From positions 110,249-174,248 of IMG/VR virus record IMGVR_UViG_3300032163_000001: a stretch of 64,000 nucleotides of DNA. One strand, given 5' to 3'. Position numbers and translations under genes: made by a program. The notes beneath the pieces are model-generated. The model saw only the letters and a list, made by a program, of their open reading frames with translations. It made no database searches and had not been told where the DNA came from. The DNA comes from a virus. Positions within the stretch are counted from its first letter, which is position 1; the number at the start of each line of letters is the position of its first letter. Shown one piece after another: positions 63,991 to 64,000 of the stretch.

Positions 63991-64000
63991 TGTTTTCCTC

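Noticed and set aside
1-64000. CRISPR arrays or integrated prophage boundaries (integrase, att sites)
   Set aside because: No regularly spaced direct repeats, no integrase/recombinase gene and no host-like flanks. The gene content throughout is lytic-phage-like.

Overview
The window is an AT-rich (about 31% GC) stretch of a large virulent T4-like myovirus (contractile-tailed phage). No integrase, attachment site or host flank is visible. The sequence uses strong GGAGG ribosome-binding sites.

Recognisable modules:
- Head-morphogenesis block on the minus strand: gp20-like portal, gp21-like prohead protease, small coiled-coil scaffold candidates and a gp23-like major capsid protein.
- Tail block on the minus strand: tail sheath, a baseplate protein with PKD domains, a kelch/beta-propeller fibre and a glycine-rich fibre.
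- Replication block: a family B DNA polymerase with an N-terminal family-4 uracil-DNA-glycosylase-like domain, and a gp41/DnaB-like helicase.
- 7-deazaguanine DNA-modification core: a DpdA-like tRNA-guanine-transglycosylase-family protein and QueE flanking a phage GroES.
- Nucleotide and NAD metabolism: dNMP kinase, DEDDh exonuclease, Gpt-like phosphoribosyltransferase, HD phosphohydrolase and PncB nicotinate phosphoribosyltransferase.
- Two tRNA genes (Gln-UUG and Trp-CCA).
- At least seven free-standing homing-endonuclease-like genes (HNH, GIY-YIG, Vsr-like).
- A 5' cluster of signal-peptide proteins including an OmpA-C-like protein.

The most unusual element is a plus-strand three-gene cassette set inside the minus-strand tail module. 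It encodes a full-length major vault protein homologue (MVP repeats, SPFH shoulder and cap-helix regions, 823 aa), a soluble HisKA_3-type histidine-kinase core and a stand-alone CBM48 glycogen-binding domain. The cassette has its own conserved promoter-like motif and terminator.

Other notable points:
- A 31-nt bipartite motif TACATATATTAATT-N-GAAAGGAGG recurs five times upstream of plus-strand genes.
- A GC-rich 480-nt non-coding island is present.
- A radical-SAM gene sits beside the dNMP kinase.
- A glycosyltransferase and a PIG-L deacetylase flank the polymerase.
- The two adjacent fibre genes share a C-terminal motif.

All calls are made by eye against remembered family motifs and need HMM or BLAST confirmation.
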